NCBI GenBank assembly: GCA_963924565.1
Contig: OZ004608.1
Span: 10,106,001-10,170,000 of the forward strand
DNA: 64,000 nucleotides
DNA from: Ascidiella aspersa
Lineage: Eukaryota
Direction: 5' to 3'
Under the pieces are notes generated by a model, which saw nothing but the letters and a program-made list of their open reading frames with translations, did not search any database and had not been told where the DNA came from. Below, piece after piece: positions 10,693 to 25,600 of this stretch. Position 1 is the stretch's first letter. Each line of letters opens with the position of its first letter. Position numbers and translations under genes: made by a program.

Positions 10693-13600
10693 GTGCGATT
10701 CTTTACAATGTTTTGTTATTCTGTTAAAGTACAGGCACTAACACAACAAAAGTTGATAACAAAAATCTTAAAGAGAAACGATTTATTTCTTAGATTCTTG
10801 TTATCTAGAACTTATTAGCAAATAAGGTGCATTTTACAGTCTATTTTTAATGATAATTAAAGTAAATGTTTGAACTGTAATTATTTGATATATGTATTCC
10901 AAACTGCATGGTTTAACACCTGGGTTTAACCAAAACCGAAGGCACTATTATGGACATAAAACTCCTAACTAACTAAATCCCAATTAACATATTTAGTACC
11001 AAGTCAAGATTTCTTCTGCTAGTAAAAGGATGACAAAACAAAACGCTATAATTTTTTAAGCGGCTTAGCGCTATTGTGACAAATTTACAGCCGTTTTTGA
11101 TCGCCTTGTGTAAGGCCGTAGCATCTACGTTTGGCGTGATCGAAACTCTTTATTTCTTCCAGGTCTCATTCCACCTTGGTCAGCGCTGGAACCTGTGAGC
11201 AACTGGCACCGAAGGGAAGCGGTGAGTGTTCCTTGTCGGTTGTGCCGCTCTAACATCGTTAATTACCCAGCTCATGACAGGAAACCTTAGTCGCATTGTG
11301 TTATTGCTCCTCGCAATATCATCCACTATCCAGTCACCGAAACGACGCACCGAGCCGCGAGCGCGATTAGCCCAGCTGTAAACATGGATGTTTCACAATT
11401 AATTTACTCTCATTTATTGAGGGCCTATGTTTCAAATTTGCTGATACCAAAAAAAAAGCATAGCGAATAACCTTCTGAGGAAACTTGTAAAACAGTAAGG
11501 TGTAATAAGTAACGTGTCAAACTTGCGAAACAGTAACGTGTAATGTTTCTTTGTTCAAGAGTTGAACTTCAATCAAAAACGCTTTTTGACCCGATCAAAA
11601 GACAGATTAGTCGAACCCAGGCCACGGCATATTGTCCCCATTCAACAGAACAGTAGCTGCGGAAATGTACGGTTTCTCCGAAAAATGGCAACAAAATCGC
11701 TTTTCATTGTGTCTAAATGCGACTTTCTATAGTGAATAGATAGTGTTCCAAGTTTACCGCGAAGTTGTGTCGTTCGTACCCGATTGAAAGCTGGGCGCGG
11801 AGCAGTTTTGATGTTTAAATATAATTCGAGCAACTGTCATTATATAACGCTGAAAATTAACTCGCGTTTTGAACCGAGATCGGGTATATTTGTATAATTG
11901 TGGCAGTTGCAGCTTTCACGATTTAGTCTCGGCATTCTTACTCTTATTTGACGCAAATTGTCTACATTAGGACTAGCTATATATTTCGCGTTTACGCGTT
12001 TAATCTCTTCCCCTCATAACGTTTTATTTCACCGACAAAAATATATATGCAATATCAATTGTTATTGATTTAGCTCTGCCGCCTTAAGCGTTTGAAAAAT
12101 GAGGCCTTCACCAGTGTTATTGACCGTTTTTGGTAAACCAGCCACTTGGTTTCAGCCATTAAGTCGTTTCTAAACCCTCTCTGTTTTCCACTTTAATGCT
12201 AGCTTTATGGTGTGCTGTGTTCTCCGTCTTAGTCGAAAGGCAGTTATGGAAACTCCCGAGTGCTACCATGACAAGCAAAAATCATAGCAAGAAAGTTAAC
12301 AATTTATTCACGCCATAAAAAGGTTGACCACCCGAGCTATTTCGCCGTATGCCTCACGATTTCCTCGAACCAAATTTCACCACCTAACCGCTGAAAAAAG
12401 TTTTCTAAACATTGATTCTTGCTTTACTTCACTTTGAATTGAAGTTCATACCTTTTGTCAGTGTGTTTTTATTTGGGTCTTAAAGTGTGTTTTTACCCCA
12501 ATCCGCAATTGACACGCCATTAGCATATTAGCGTACAGCTTTATTCTTATGGCTTTATTTAAAAAACCTGAACGCTCGATAAAAATGTGCTTTATGCATG
12601 GAACGAAAACTGGCGGGTGCTGCCATTCCCAGTTGTACCCTTGCCTCCTATTCCAATAAAAAGCGACTTATCGATTTGCGAAAGTCGCGCACAGCGCTGT
12701 AATATTCGACGCCTCTGGTCGGTTACATAACAGTCACTGACAGGCCGGGTCATCTGTCAGCAACAAATGCCGTCGGTCGACATTGCGGATTCGCCGCGTC
12801 GATTATAAGGATTTAACACCGAGATTTCGGAATTTCCGTGGCCAATCTGCAAAGTTTAGCGCCCGAAGGCGCTTTGCGAAGTCAAACTATACAGAATCAA
12901 AGATCGCTAATGAGATGCAGTCTCTAGCTCGCACAACCGCGCAATTAATCAGCGGGCTTATCTTTATACACTACTGACGTGTATTTTTTGGCACGAAAAT
13001 AGTGTGGAAAAAGACGCTAGAAAATGAGTAAGTAGCACTGAAACACTGTAAATCTAGAAAATCATGCTTTTTAAGCTTCCACGATCAATGTTGTCGGGAA
13101 GTAAGATCGTAAAATACTTTGTAAATGAATGCTTGAAGATGCGATGCATAGCTGTAACTGTACCATTGAAACACAGGGTTGTTAAGACACTCTAATAGTG
13201 CGCAGCTCTCTCATAAAGTATATTAGAAAAATACCCGTGCTATTGTGCACACAACGTTATCAATGTTTGTCGATCAACCTTGTTGACAAAAGGAAAGCGG
13301 TTCCAGGCATAAAGCAGTCAATATCTCCCCGGTCAAACTACAGTAAAAGCTTGTAATTGTGCAAAACTAAATTGGAAAAGTAATCGTGCTATTGTGCGCA
13401 TACTGTCGTTTTAACTCGTATCTCACGACGTTAGCAATGTTCGTCATTCAACCTTGTTGACAAAAGGAAAGCAATTCCAGGAATAAGGCAGTTTAATATC
13501 TCCATTGTCAAACTGCAGTAAAAGTAAATTAACCGGTCTGATCAAACTGGTTATGGCGCCCGATAAAAATATTGCTGGCGTTTCAAACGCTTTTGAGATG

Positions 13601-16600
13601 TTTGCCAAATAAAAAGCAGGAAAGTGCAAAAGCGTTTACTTTGTTTGATTGGCAATGTAGCATCGGTAGGCTTGCCTGTTTTTAAAATTATGAAACTAAG
13701 AAAATCAATAATGCAAAGGAATATTCGTGTTAAGGATTAGCCTAGTTAAAATTTTAGCTCACAATAAACATCAGAATAAAATCATCTGTTGCCACACAAT
13801 TTTTTTCCAAATCAGTTTAAAAATGACATCCTTTTCTTACGTGAATCCTTTGAATGCAAGCGAAAAACTATAATCAGAGTTTTGCCAACTTAACAGTAAA
13901 GTCAGAATTTTCCTTTTTTACCACTTTTTTACCATAAAAAGCAATGTTATTTATCATATTTTTCCGTACGCAATCCATTCCTGGAAATTTTGGGCCTGGA
14001 TGTTACCTACGAAAAAGTATAGAAAAATAATAATTGGCTAGATTTGCAATTCCAGTACATTCCGTTTCCGACCACAAGTTATCAGAGTTTCACCAAAAAA
14101 TATCATATCAGAGTTTCACCAAAAATAAAAAATAAAAATCAACTTCAATCAATGTTTTAAACGTGAAAAAAAATACTTTAACCAGAGTTTCGCCAACTTC
14201 AAAAATAACCAAAGTTCAAATTATTTAACCCCTTTACTGCAGCCGCTTTGGACGTGGCCCGCGTCCACCGCCCCACCCCAGACCACTCTTCCCCCAACTT
14301 CGTGTGCCCCTTTCTTAACTGCTCGGTGGGCAAGAACATGTCGCATGCCGCCAGCCTTGACGTACAAGAGGACGCCTTCGAGGACGCGCTGGAACGTCAG
14401 GACGGCATGGTGGCCGGCGAAGACTTGGATGGGCTGGATGAGACCTTCGTGCAGGCCTCAGAGGGTTAGTCTTAACTTGCTTTTGTGTAAAACATTTTTT
14501 TTGGATTTCTGCATTTCAAAACTTGTCGCCTTTAGTTTTGTTATATATTGTTTTTTACAGTGTTATATGTTTTAAATTTTTGGTTTTCAGATAACTTAAT
14601 GAATTCTCACCTTATCTGCAGTACATCACAATATTTAATTATAAAAATCGAAGTTAATTTAGTGCAAACTATTGTAGTTACTCCGCTTCTTGCTATAACG
14701 CTTTTTATTTGGTTTCCTTAAAAATCTAACTGGCGTTTTTTTTGCATAACAACATATTCTTTGGAGGTAAAATTTCCGATAATTCGCCCTAAGTGCAATA
14801 TTTTTTATTTGTTTATTTCCAGACGCTTTTGACGGCACCAACTTTTCGAACCAGATCATGGATACAATCAAGGAGGGCATTGTGACGTCATCTGGCGAGG
14901 TGGTAACCCACACCGGACTCAACAAGACTCCCCCGGGTGAGTTTAAAATAATAAATCTTTGCTGTTGTCCCTCAGTACAATGGACCTTCTGCAATTTCAA
15001 AAAGTGTTTGCAGTTTGTCTTGGCACAAATCTAAAATCTCAACATTGACCAGTAATTAACATGACAATTTAGGAAAGTTACAGCATCAGAACATTTTGTG
15101 TTGGCCCGCAAGTTTTATACTTGAATTTAAACTCGAAAGGTTCAGTTTTAATTGTAGACTAAAACAGATCTTTGATTTAACAGCAATTGCCGTAAACAGT
15201 TTTACATTATTTACGGCTAAAATATATACATTGATTTTAGAATCGTTCGACTACGACCAGTTTCTTGAGGCCAAGATCTATGAGAAGAAGCAGGATCACA
15301 CTTACCGCGTCTTCAAGAAGGTCAGTTATGAATATTTAAAGCGTAAATAAACGGTCTGTGCGTTAACCATAAACTAGCGACAATAGTTCCCCTGGTTCGT
15401 GTTTCGTTTTTAACACCAAGGTACCTTTTGGAACCCTTCCATTTGTTTGTCGCAGAACATTCGAGAAATAACGTAACATTGCTTATATGCGGTAAACCAA
15501 TAACCCGTATGTCGTTTTGTCGTATTTTTTACCTGAAGAAATTTTAACAGTCAATAAAATAATTTGCAAGCAATCTTATGTTCGTCGTACATTCCTATAA
15601 CATCTTACAAACGTCAAAGGTACCTTTTGGAATACTTCTACCATTTTTTTCTGTCGCAGAACGTTCGAGAAATTACGTAACATTGCTTATAGGCAAAAAG
15701 AAATACGCTTAATGTCGCTTTTTTGTCCTGAGAAATCTTAAGAGTCATTAAAATAATTTACAAGCAACAATCCTATCTTTATCGTATCTACCTATAAACC
15801 CTAACTTCAAATGTACTTTTTGGATTGCTTCTACCATTTTTCCCGTCGCAAAACATTCGAAAGATAACGTTACATTGCTTATAGGCGAAAACAAATCGAT
15901 CAAAATCACATTTTTTAAAGAAAAAAAATTAACGAACAATAAAATATTTTGCAAGCAATTTTATGTTTATCGTATCTACCTAACATCTCGTACACCTCAA
16001 AGTCACCTTTTGGAATACTCTAACCATTTTTTCTATCGCAGAACATTTGAGAAATAACGTTACACTGCTTTTAAAGCCGAAAACAAATACGCCTTTAGAA
16101 ATGTTTAACAGTCGGTAAATTAATTTGCATGCAATCTTGTTTAACGTATCCACTTAACATCTCCCAAACCTTAAACGTTCGAAATACCGGTTTTACCTGT
16201 TTTTCGATTCCCATTATCGCCAAGCGTATTTGACGCGCAAACAAGGCTTTGAAAAAGAAACCATATAACTTAACCCAAACCTGGAAAAACTACGCCCCGC
16301 GGGCGAAAATATAAACTGGCCCGCGGTCTGTTTTTAAAAATGTTTTGAAACCCTTACCAGCTTGTACTCTTACCAGCAACAAGGATATTAGAAGGATATT
16401 TACAGACTCTTTTTTAAAGGAATCACACTTTATATTATGTGTATTTTATGTTCGGTTCCGAGCGGCAAAGACATTTTCTGTGTCGCATGCGACCCGCTTT
16501 TAAACACAATTGTCCACCCCTGGCTTAAACGCACCTCGACTGTTGTCCAGGTGAACCGTCGTGCCGACACCTTCCCGTACGCCGAGGATTACTCGCAAGC

Positions 16601-19600
16601 GAACGGCGACTCGCCCCAAAAAATCTCGGTCTGGTGCAGCAACGACTACCTGGGCATGAGCCGCCACCCCAAGGTGCTCGGCGCGATCAGGTGCGTGGAT
16701 GCGGTTGATTTTATTTTTGGTTGTGTGGTTGAAGCGAGGTGCACTTTTTGTTTAGGAAAGTGGCTTTTTTTCGTTAAACGTTCTATTTTTTGTATGTTTT
16801 GCTAATTTTTTAACCATATTTCAAAACATCTGTTGAAGTTTTAGTTTTTGCTTAAAAATTGAATATTTTGCGTTTTTCATACTAATTTTTTTTTGCAATT
16901 TTACAAACAAAGTATCATTTTAGTACATTTATTCATTTTTTTTAACTGAGTTAAAAGTATTACTATTTTTGCGTCAATTATGTATATTTACTTTTTTTGC
17001 ACCCTTTTTACCAAATTTGTCGCTGTATTTTCAATCCGTAAATCTTAACCTTTGTGACTAACTTATAGTAGCCATTCAATTCCAAAATAAAGTTTGTACG
17101 ATTTATTTCCATTGCGATTTTTCTAACAACCATTTTTTTCAAACAAAATCTAAATATTCGTTTCTCTCCAGGTCGACGATTGAGCGTTACGGCGCCGGAG
17201 CGGGCGGCACCAGGAACATCTCGGGAACCTCTTCCCTCCATGAGCAACTGGAGGCGGAGCTTGCGGACCTCCACCGGAAGCAGGGAGCTCTCCTCTTCTC
17301 ATCTTGCTTCGTAGCCAACGACTCGACGCTCTTCACTCTCGCCAAGATGCTACCAGGTAATTGACAAACTAGTTCGGTAAATTTGGTTTAGCGATTTCCT
17401 TTTGAAAGCTTTTAAAAAAAAACGGTTTCAGCTGTTTTTTTTACGAAAAAAGAAAGGTTTTCTAAGCCTTTATTTTATTTGTGTTTCTAAAAGCTGAAAT
17501 AAAAATTTAAGAGAAGTTGGTTTCGAGTTTAAGCGATTTTCTTTCAACAAAATGTTCCCAGCTGTTTTTGTGCTACAAAAGTACTTGTTTTTTGTTTTGG
17601 TCTCTACCAGTTGAAATAAAAATCGAATATAATGTAAATTGGATTGTAGAAAAAAGTCGTGATTTTGTCTTATTATTTTCTTTTCTCTGTCCAAAAGTCG
17701 AAAGCCAGATTTTACACCCGATTAACCTGACCAAAAATAATACAAGAGACACATCGACCTATACCTTAATATATACGCAACATTTACCAAGGGTGTTGGA
17801 CTCGACAAGCAATTACGCTACAACCCTGCATACTTTGCAAACGAGATCTGATAGGCCTGCCGAAAAATGAGTCATTTTCGTGTTATCTGCCCAGGGGCCG
17901 GCTTTACCATGGTAATCGGTGCAGCCTTACAGCAAACCACCAGCAAACGTGCGTGACGTTTGAACGATGACGCGTCCCGCTTCCGTTTAGCTTCTGCACG
18001 GCGGAATCGTCGTTTTAGTACTGTTTGTTTAGAAATAGACAAAATCATTACTTTTCGTGAATATCGTTGGTAGTTACCATCCCCTTGAAGGAATGGGGAT
18101 TTACACTTATAAATGGATGTAAATAAACCAATGTTGGAAAGGTTACCGCTATTATGGACCAATTTAACATGACTGCCTCTAGGTGCTATCTGTTTTTATA
18201 ATGCTTTTGCTTTTTTTACCCGCCATTTGGTACGAGTTTCCCCGAAAAAACTCGTTTGGATTTACAGACGTTCCACATTCATGCCTAACATTTGTGTGGC
18301 CGTACTCGCCTAATCTCTGGTTGCATAACACACCACTAAGGCTCCAGATTTTTTAAAGGCCAAATTTTAGCGTGCCTGTCAATCAGGCTAAGAATAATGC
18401 GTCGTCCGCTTGAAATATTCTCGTAGTTTTGGCCTCAGGGCGAGTCAGTTTGTTGTCAAACTGGCGCTGGATATTTTGAAAAATCTACGCTAATATTTTT
18501 GAAACGGCGATTTAAGAGATTCCCGGTCCTTACCTGGAAAAATTGTTACCAAATTGCTGCAGTAAAATGTTCGCCTGTTTATAGACTTTGACCATGATTG
18601 ACACCTTAATCCTTACCAAAATTGCCTACCGCAAAAAAACGTTCAGGATTGCAGATATTCATCAATTTTGGGTTGATATTCATGGCTGCTATTTTGGTTC
18701 TCCTAACGGCTTCAATATGTTTGCAATTTCACAGTTGAAAAATATTTGTTTAAGCTCTTAATGAAGCGGAACTTTGGTTAAACATTTGCCTTAAGGAAGC
18801 AAAGGAGGCCATTTTTGTCCCAAATTCCTTTTGTGCATAAAATGAAAATCTGTGCACAAAGCTTACATTGGATTTGTTACAACTTTTGAAATTAGAATCT
18901 TTTTAACTGAGTCTAGCTTGGTGACTAGTTTCAGCATCCACACTATATAGTTTATCATTTGTTAGTTCAATCTCAAATTTCGCCCTTCGAGAAACCCGAT
19001 TTCACTCGCGACTTTTAGTGTTGTCATTTATTTCCGACCCCAGCATAACTTCTCTCCAAATGCCCGTGAAATAGAGCGGAAGTGACCAAGCACTTCGAGC
19101 AAAAAACGCCACTAATACGAGAATAGGAAGCAAACTAATGCCCTCAAGTCGTGTTCTGCCATTCGTCTGCTGGTCATTTTCCAGCGATCGGCGTTCGTGC
19201 TAGCAGCTAGCAGCCAGCGCCCACGGCATTACTACCTCCCTAGAGTGACTTGGCGAAAAAAATCGCGAACGCTTGGGCTCACCGCAGCCGTTTCAACAAC
19301 TGAAATGCGCCGTTGCGTTGCATTTTTAATGCTCGGTCGACCGCGCGCTGCGCTAATTATGTTGCGAGTCATTTAAACGGGTTTACGTTATTGTGGCTGT
19401 TTGAAACAGCTTGACAAACGAGCGACTACGCTGTTTTGTAGATTAAGTTCCCCTTACTGGCGACACCGGTAGATGAAATACGTTGTAGGAATATGGAGTA
19501 TTGATTTGTTCTAGGTAATTGGTAATCTGACACGTAATCCTTGACGGGTAATGTTAATAAACCTCTGTTAATTGTCTGTTTCTGTTGTTTGAAAAAACAC

Positions 19601-22600
19601 TTTTGATCAGACGCAAATTGTAAATTGGTCAAAGCTTTTCATAACAGCTTTACACCAGTATTCGAACTACGTTATAAAAATTTGGAATCTTGCTTTGTTC
19701 TGGGTAACTGTTAATCTGACACTTTAGCGTTGACGGGTAATGTTAACAAACCGCTGTGAATCGACTGTTTCTGTTGTTCAAAAAAATCACTTTTAGTCAG
19801 ACGTAAAATTGGAATGTGTTCTTAAGCTGTCGATAGAAATTTGAACTCAGCACTTGGCGTGCCCTAAAACAATTTTCTCGACTATCAGTTGAAAATGACG
19901 TTTTTTTACGCTTGGCCGGTCGTCTTTAAACCGCTGCTTTTGTTCGTGTTCTTTTGACGCAAGTTTTTCACGCGAAAATTGCTCCTGGCTTCTTCGCAGG
20001 AAATCTGTACACCGCCGTTAAACCATGATTTAAAGAAAATGAATTCGAAAATTACGTTCGCCTTTGTCTGTTTTATAAGCGAAGCGCGGAAAAATGATAT
20101 TCTATCTGCACAAATTTTAGAAGTTTATAGAAATTCCCGCCCGCAGTCGCTTCATTTGCATACAGCCGTCGAATTTGTGTAAATTTATTTTTGTTTCCCA
20201 TGGCCGATTCACGCACTTATAAGTCTAATTTCGCCAAACTTCAAACCCAAATTGGGCCAAAATTTGACGCGGTAGTTTCACCCTTGACACGCAACACTGG
20301 TAACAAGCGTGTTACCACGACGGTAAACTTAAACTGCGCCTAGAAGTACAAGTCCGCACTTACTAGTTCAGTCACCTCAAACTGGTTAACGCCGATCTTG
20401 TGTTTGCCCAAACGTCACCGATTGGTTTTTGTGTACTTCGGTCATGTTAAATCATGCACACGTGTCGCGAATTGCATCATACCACCCAATAATCCCGATG
20501 TGTATTTTACTACGCAACAAAGTCGTCCATTCATTTCTGTTTGGTCGTTAGTTGTATTGCGTATATTGCGCGTGATGAGCGTCGGTTAGAAGACGATGCT
20601 GTCCTAACACTTAGGTACATTTTGTTTTGTTGTGTATTGATTTGTCAGCGTTTTTTTCGAAATTCTACGTAACATGCGTAAAATGTCGGTTTGTGAGGGT
20701 TCTTAAATCCGTATTTTCCTTCGTATTTTTAATCACCAAGGACTGCGAAACAACTAAAACCAATGGTTCGTGTTGCGAGGAACTTAAACACGTCACGTAT
20801 TTTACAATGCAAACATCATTTCTCAGGGTTTTTCCGATGTTTAAACAAGAGGATGTTGTAGGGAATTTCATATTTCCATAATAAAGATTACCCATCGGTA
20901 TCACAATATTCAAATGTTTTACACACAGGCACACAAAACAAAACATATTCACATCGCATACCAACCAGTTTTATGTGAAACATCGATTTATTTTCCAATG
21001 AAAAAATTTATGCGGAACAACTACGAATGCGATTTATATTAAACTGCTTTGATAATTAGAAGCCCTTTGTCAGCTGTGAAATTTTTGCCATTACACGTTT
21101 TCAAATATCTTGAACGTTACTTAAGCGTGAAACAACAGATTACAGTTTTGTAAAACTGCAGATAAAATGATTTAGATACAAAAGCTCAGGGTAAAAAAAT
21201 ATTGTAGTTTTAAAACATTAACAAAATAAAAACAAAGCTTTAGGCAATAAGAAATTATGTTAACAAAAAAAAATGTTTTCTAGGTTGCGAGATCTACTCA
21301 GACGCGGGCAACCACGCTTCGATGATCCAGGGCATCCGGAACAGCAGCGTTCCCAAGTTTGTCTTCCGCCACAACGATCCTGAACATCTGGAGGAGCTTC
21401 TCGCCAAGTCCGACCCTTCCAAGCCAAAGATCGTGGCTTTCGAGACTGTTCACTCCATGGACGGTGAGTTGTGCTGACATTACTGTTTTGTAAACTTCGG
21501 ACGCATTTTTTGCATTTTAACAATGCTCTGCCAAATTGGAATCTCAGGCCGATATTCTGCTTGTCAGGCTTCCATTGTCTTCCTGTTATATTTCTGGTGT
21601 GAACTGATAAATTGATTTTTCCACTCGTGTTTAGAACACTCTTGAAACAGTTATCTGTTCGTTTTTTTATAGATAACTTTACATTTTTGCTCCAATAAGC
21701 CTCTTTTTGTTTTTAACCTGTTTTTGTGCTATTTTTACACAACTAAAAAATTAGCCTGGCTGAATTAAAAGTCGTCACGTATTTTTTTTTTAATTTTAGA
21801 AAATAAATAAAGCATTGATCTGACGACACTGAACTAAATTAGATCCGTTTTTTTGTCGTCGGTGTAAAATGTTCTAACCACATTGTGAAAAAAAAATCTA
21901 CGAGCACCCTGGCCAATAGGTGTGCCACAAACCCACTGGCAAAGGTTGCCGAAAAAACAAAAATTGACCAAAAATAAACTTGTTCTTGTCGACAGGCGCG
22001 GTTTGCCCTCTGAAGGAGCTGTGTGACGTTTCGCACAAGTACGGAGCCATTACTTTCGTGGACGAGGTTCACGCGGTTGGACTTTACGGCGAGCGAGGTG
22101 CCGGCATCGGTGAGAGGGACGGACTGCTGGATGACATCGACATCGTCTCTGGCACTTTGGGTAAGCTAAATGTCTGGACGTGATTTTTAAAGTGTAACCG
22201 CACGTTTCGCAGGATTTTAAAAGCGTCGATTCGCTAGGTTTTTATTGTATGCCATTAGTTGCTGCTAGTAACGCACCAGGTCAAATTGTGGCGTCGGTAA
22301 AGTTGTCACATTTTTTTTGCAATATATTGACTGCAGTGCATGTGCTGCATGTTGAAAAAAAGTGTTGAATGGTTGTTTAAGTAGCACTTACGGGCCCGTT
22401 CTGTTCTCAAAGGTTCATCCAGTTTACACAAGATTCATATTCCAGGTTTCCAGGTGAGATGCGCTGCGAAGTGCTTATTGTGCCATGAGTATATAGATAT
22501 AAGTCGAGGAATGGGTCTGGTTAAAGTTTAACTCTAACACAGTTCGAAGAAATTACGCTTTACGACCTTATGCTGTATGATAAGCGGAAATGGTAAAGCT

Positions 22601-25600
22601 GAAAAGTTTTCCCGATGTCGAATTCTTTATAAACGAAATTTAAAAATGATCACGAGACCCCGCAAACGCCATATGTAAATAATTGTAAACAAACCAAGGG
22701 TAAAAATTAAAACAAGTTTTGCGTATATATCAAACGATCAACAGACTATTTTATATCTGTTTTTTTTATAAACAGTCTCAGGATCTGATACGAAAGAAAG
22801 AATCGTTCTTTTAAATTTTATTGTCTGCGGGAGAGTCCTTACTTCCTGGAGTGTTTCAGCTTATATCAAACTATGTTTAATTTGTAACCAAAAAAATTTT
22901 CACGTTGGTACACACATACTTTGCTACGATTTCTGTTGTTGCACTTGTGCCCACAGTATATCCCAATATAGTTCAAATTCCACTGCTATTTCCTATTTTG
23001 AATTCTAGTTCCACAAACCTAACACCGCATCTCGTGATTTTGTCCTTCCTGTGCACATTTAAAGCAAAGTCACTTGAAATCACAAAGAGCCCGAGCCCTG
23101 GACAAACAGTTGTCTCGCGCTGTCACGAGTTAAGAAAGAAGCCTTTGTCCCCGTGACGCGTTTGCGTGATCAAGCACGACCCTAAATTGGGGCACGGACT
23201 ATCTGTCGTTATGCTGGTTCGTGCTCCTACGATAAAATAGCCTTTTTCGTGCCGGACAAGAATTTTCTAGAAATTTGCTCAATTCCGCCTCTTGTGTTCC
23301 AATTTTTTTGGGGCGTTGGCCAATAAAACGCTTTGTATTTACTATACTTCGAATTTAGGAAGTCCATAACTTAACCAACGGTTAATATATCCGATAGAGT
23401 TTTCGAAAATTTGTACAAGTGTACGAAATATTTCAAATAAATTGATACGAAAATAAATGCAAGCAGAATTTACCATTCCGTGTAAATGCTTTACGTTTCT
23501 ATGTTGGAACATTGGCTAAATGACACTGACCCACGATGAACTGTCGCCACGTCATACTCACCAGCGAAGCAATGGAAAGGCTATCAGCCGTGACTTAACA
23601 TATCACAACTTATATCAATACGAGTGTACGACTTACGTAATGCGTGTAGCTCTACCTAAAGGGCGATAACCCCGACATGACTCATCAAATGTGTTATAAA
23701 GTTCATTTAGAATGTTTACACACTGCTTGCTTGCTTACTTATGCTTGGACTTAAAACTGCAACTTTAAACCATGGTATCCGAATGGAGTTGCTCGTTGAA
23801 AGAAGTATTTTCGTGCATTTTTCCTGAGTGGACCTCCTTAACCTAAATTTTCCCGTTTTCACGCCACCCTGTGCTGTGAAAGCAAAATATTAGAGATAGA
23901 CCGATATGTCGGTTTACCGATAATATCGTCCGATATTTAGCTTTTACTGATATATTACGATCGCTAAATATCGGCCGAAATTTAACTACGAAAATATGAC
24001 ATGGTTGTACTTAAAAGTCAAACAAAATTTCTTTATTTTGGCAAGCATTGTTTACTTTAACATCATGCAAAGTTCATGTGCAAAATAAGAGATCAATAAA
24101 CATAGGCAGATTAACAGAAATGTTATTTGGATTTAATTCAAATTTATGAAATTTTACCACATTTCAGGTATAGAAAAAAAATCGTTATCGGTTGGCAATA
24201 CGTAAAAAGATATCGGTATCAATAAAAAAAAAGTGAAATCGGTCGATCTCTAAACAGTATATTCACCTATTATTCACACATGTAAGCTTGCAACACCTTT
24301 TTATCAAATCGCATAATCACTTTTCCAGGCAAGGCCTTCGGTAACGTGGGCGGTTACATCGCCAGCTCGGCTGCGTTGATCGACACGGTTCGGAGTTACG
24401 CTGCTGGCTTCATCTTTACCACTGCTCTGCCCCCAATGAACCTGGCTGGTGCCTTGGCCGCTGTGTGCGTGCTCAAGTCGAACGAGGGTCGGGCCCTTCG
24501 CGCTCGTCACCAACGCATGGTGTCCGCTATGCGCAAGATGCTGATGGCCGCCAATCTTCCCGTGGTACACTGCCCCAGTCACATCATTCCAATTAAGGTA
24601 AGGTGGCCGTTTTAAGTTGGCTGTTTTTGTGTGTTTGTCGATGGACGGCTATTTTTTTAAGGCGTTTTTTAATAGACAAGACAAATCAAAACGCCCAAGT
24701 CATCATTCCTATTAACGTACGGTCGGTGAAAGCTGGTTGTTTTTTGTGTGACTTTTTGACCGACAGTTAATTGTCTTTTTGTAAGGCGGTTCTAAATAGC
24801 CCACACGTATTAAATTATTTTTCGGGTTATTTTTTAAAGTTGTTTTTCGCTTTGAAGAATTTAGCGCAATTCAGCTGAACTTTAACAATAAAAACGTATT
24901 TTTTTTGTTGGTGTTTTTTTATCCTAAATTTAGTTTACGCCGAAGTACACCGCTTTTATGTTTGTACGAATCCCTTATATTATACCTTTGAGAAAAGACA
25001 TGTTTCGTTATTTTAGTATTGACAACGAAACACGCCAAAATATGTTGACATGCCAATTAACCACGACTCTCCAGCTAATTATATACTAATTAGTCGTCAG
25101 TTTGTCCAGCCGACGCAATTTTTCCATCGCTATAGCAGTAATTACTGTCATTTCGATCAGCCCCGCATTTAGGCTCGCAATTCGAACCAAAACAGAACGT
25201 AACGCCCCTTGTCCACGTCATAATCACCGCATTGTGACGTCACGCAGGTCGGCGACCCGGAGAAGTGCACGGCGCTGAGCGACCTGCTTATGAACAAGTA
25301 CGGCATCTACGTGCAGGCGATCAACTACCCGACGGTGCCGCGCGGCGAAGAGATGCTCAGGGTGGCGGCAACACCTGGTCACACACTGCCGCTTATGAGG
25401 TGGGTAGCTGACGTTATACACACGCGTAGGACGGTTTTAGGGTTCGATTTGGCGGCCATTTTGTGTCAACGCTTGGGGTTTTCTTGCCTAACTACTTTTA
25501 GCTTAACGACTAACGTTGTTTTCTGATCTGATCTTTTTAATACAATTAATAATCCCCAAAGAAAAAAATTATAAAATTAAAAAGAAGAATTATACGAAAA

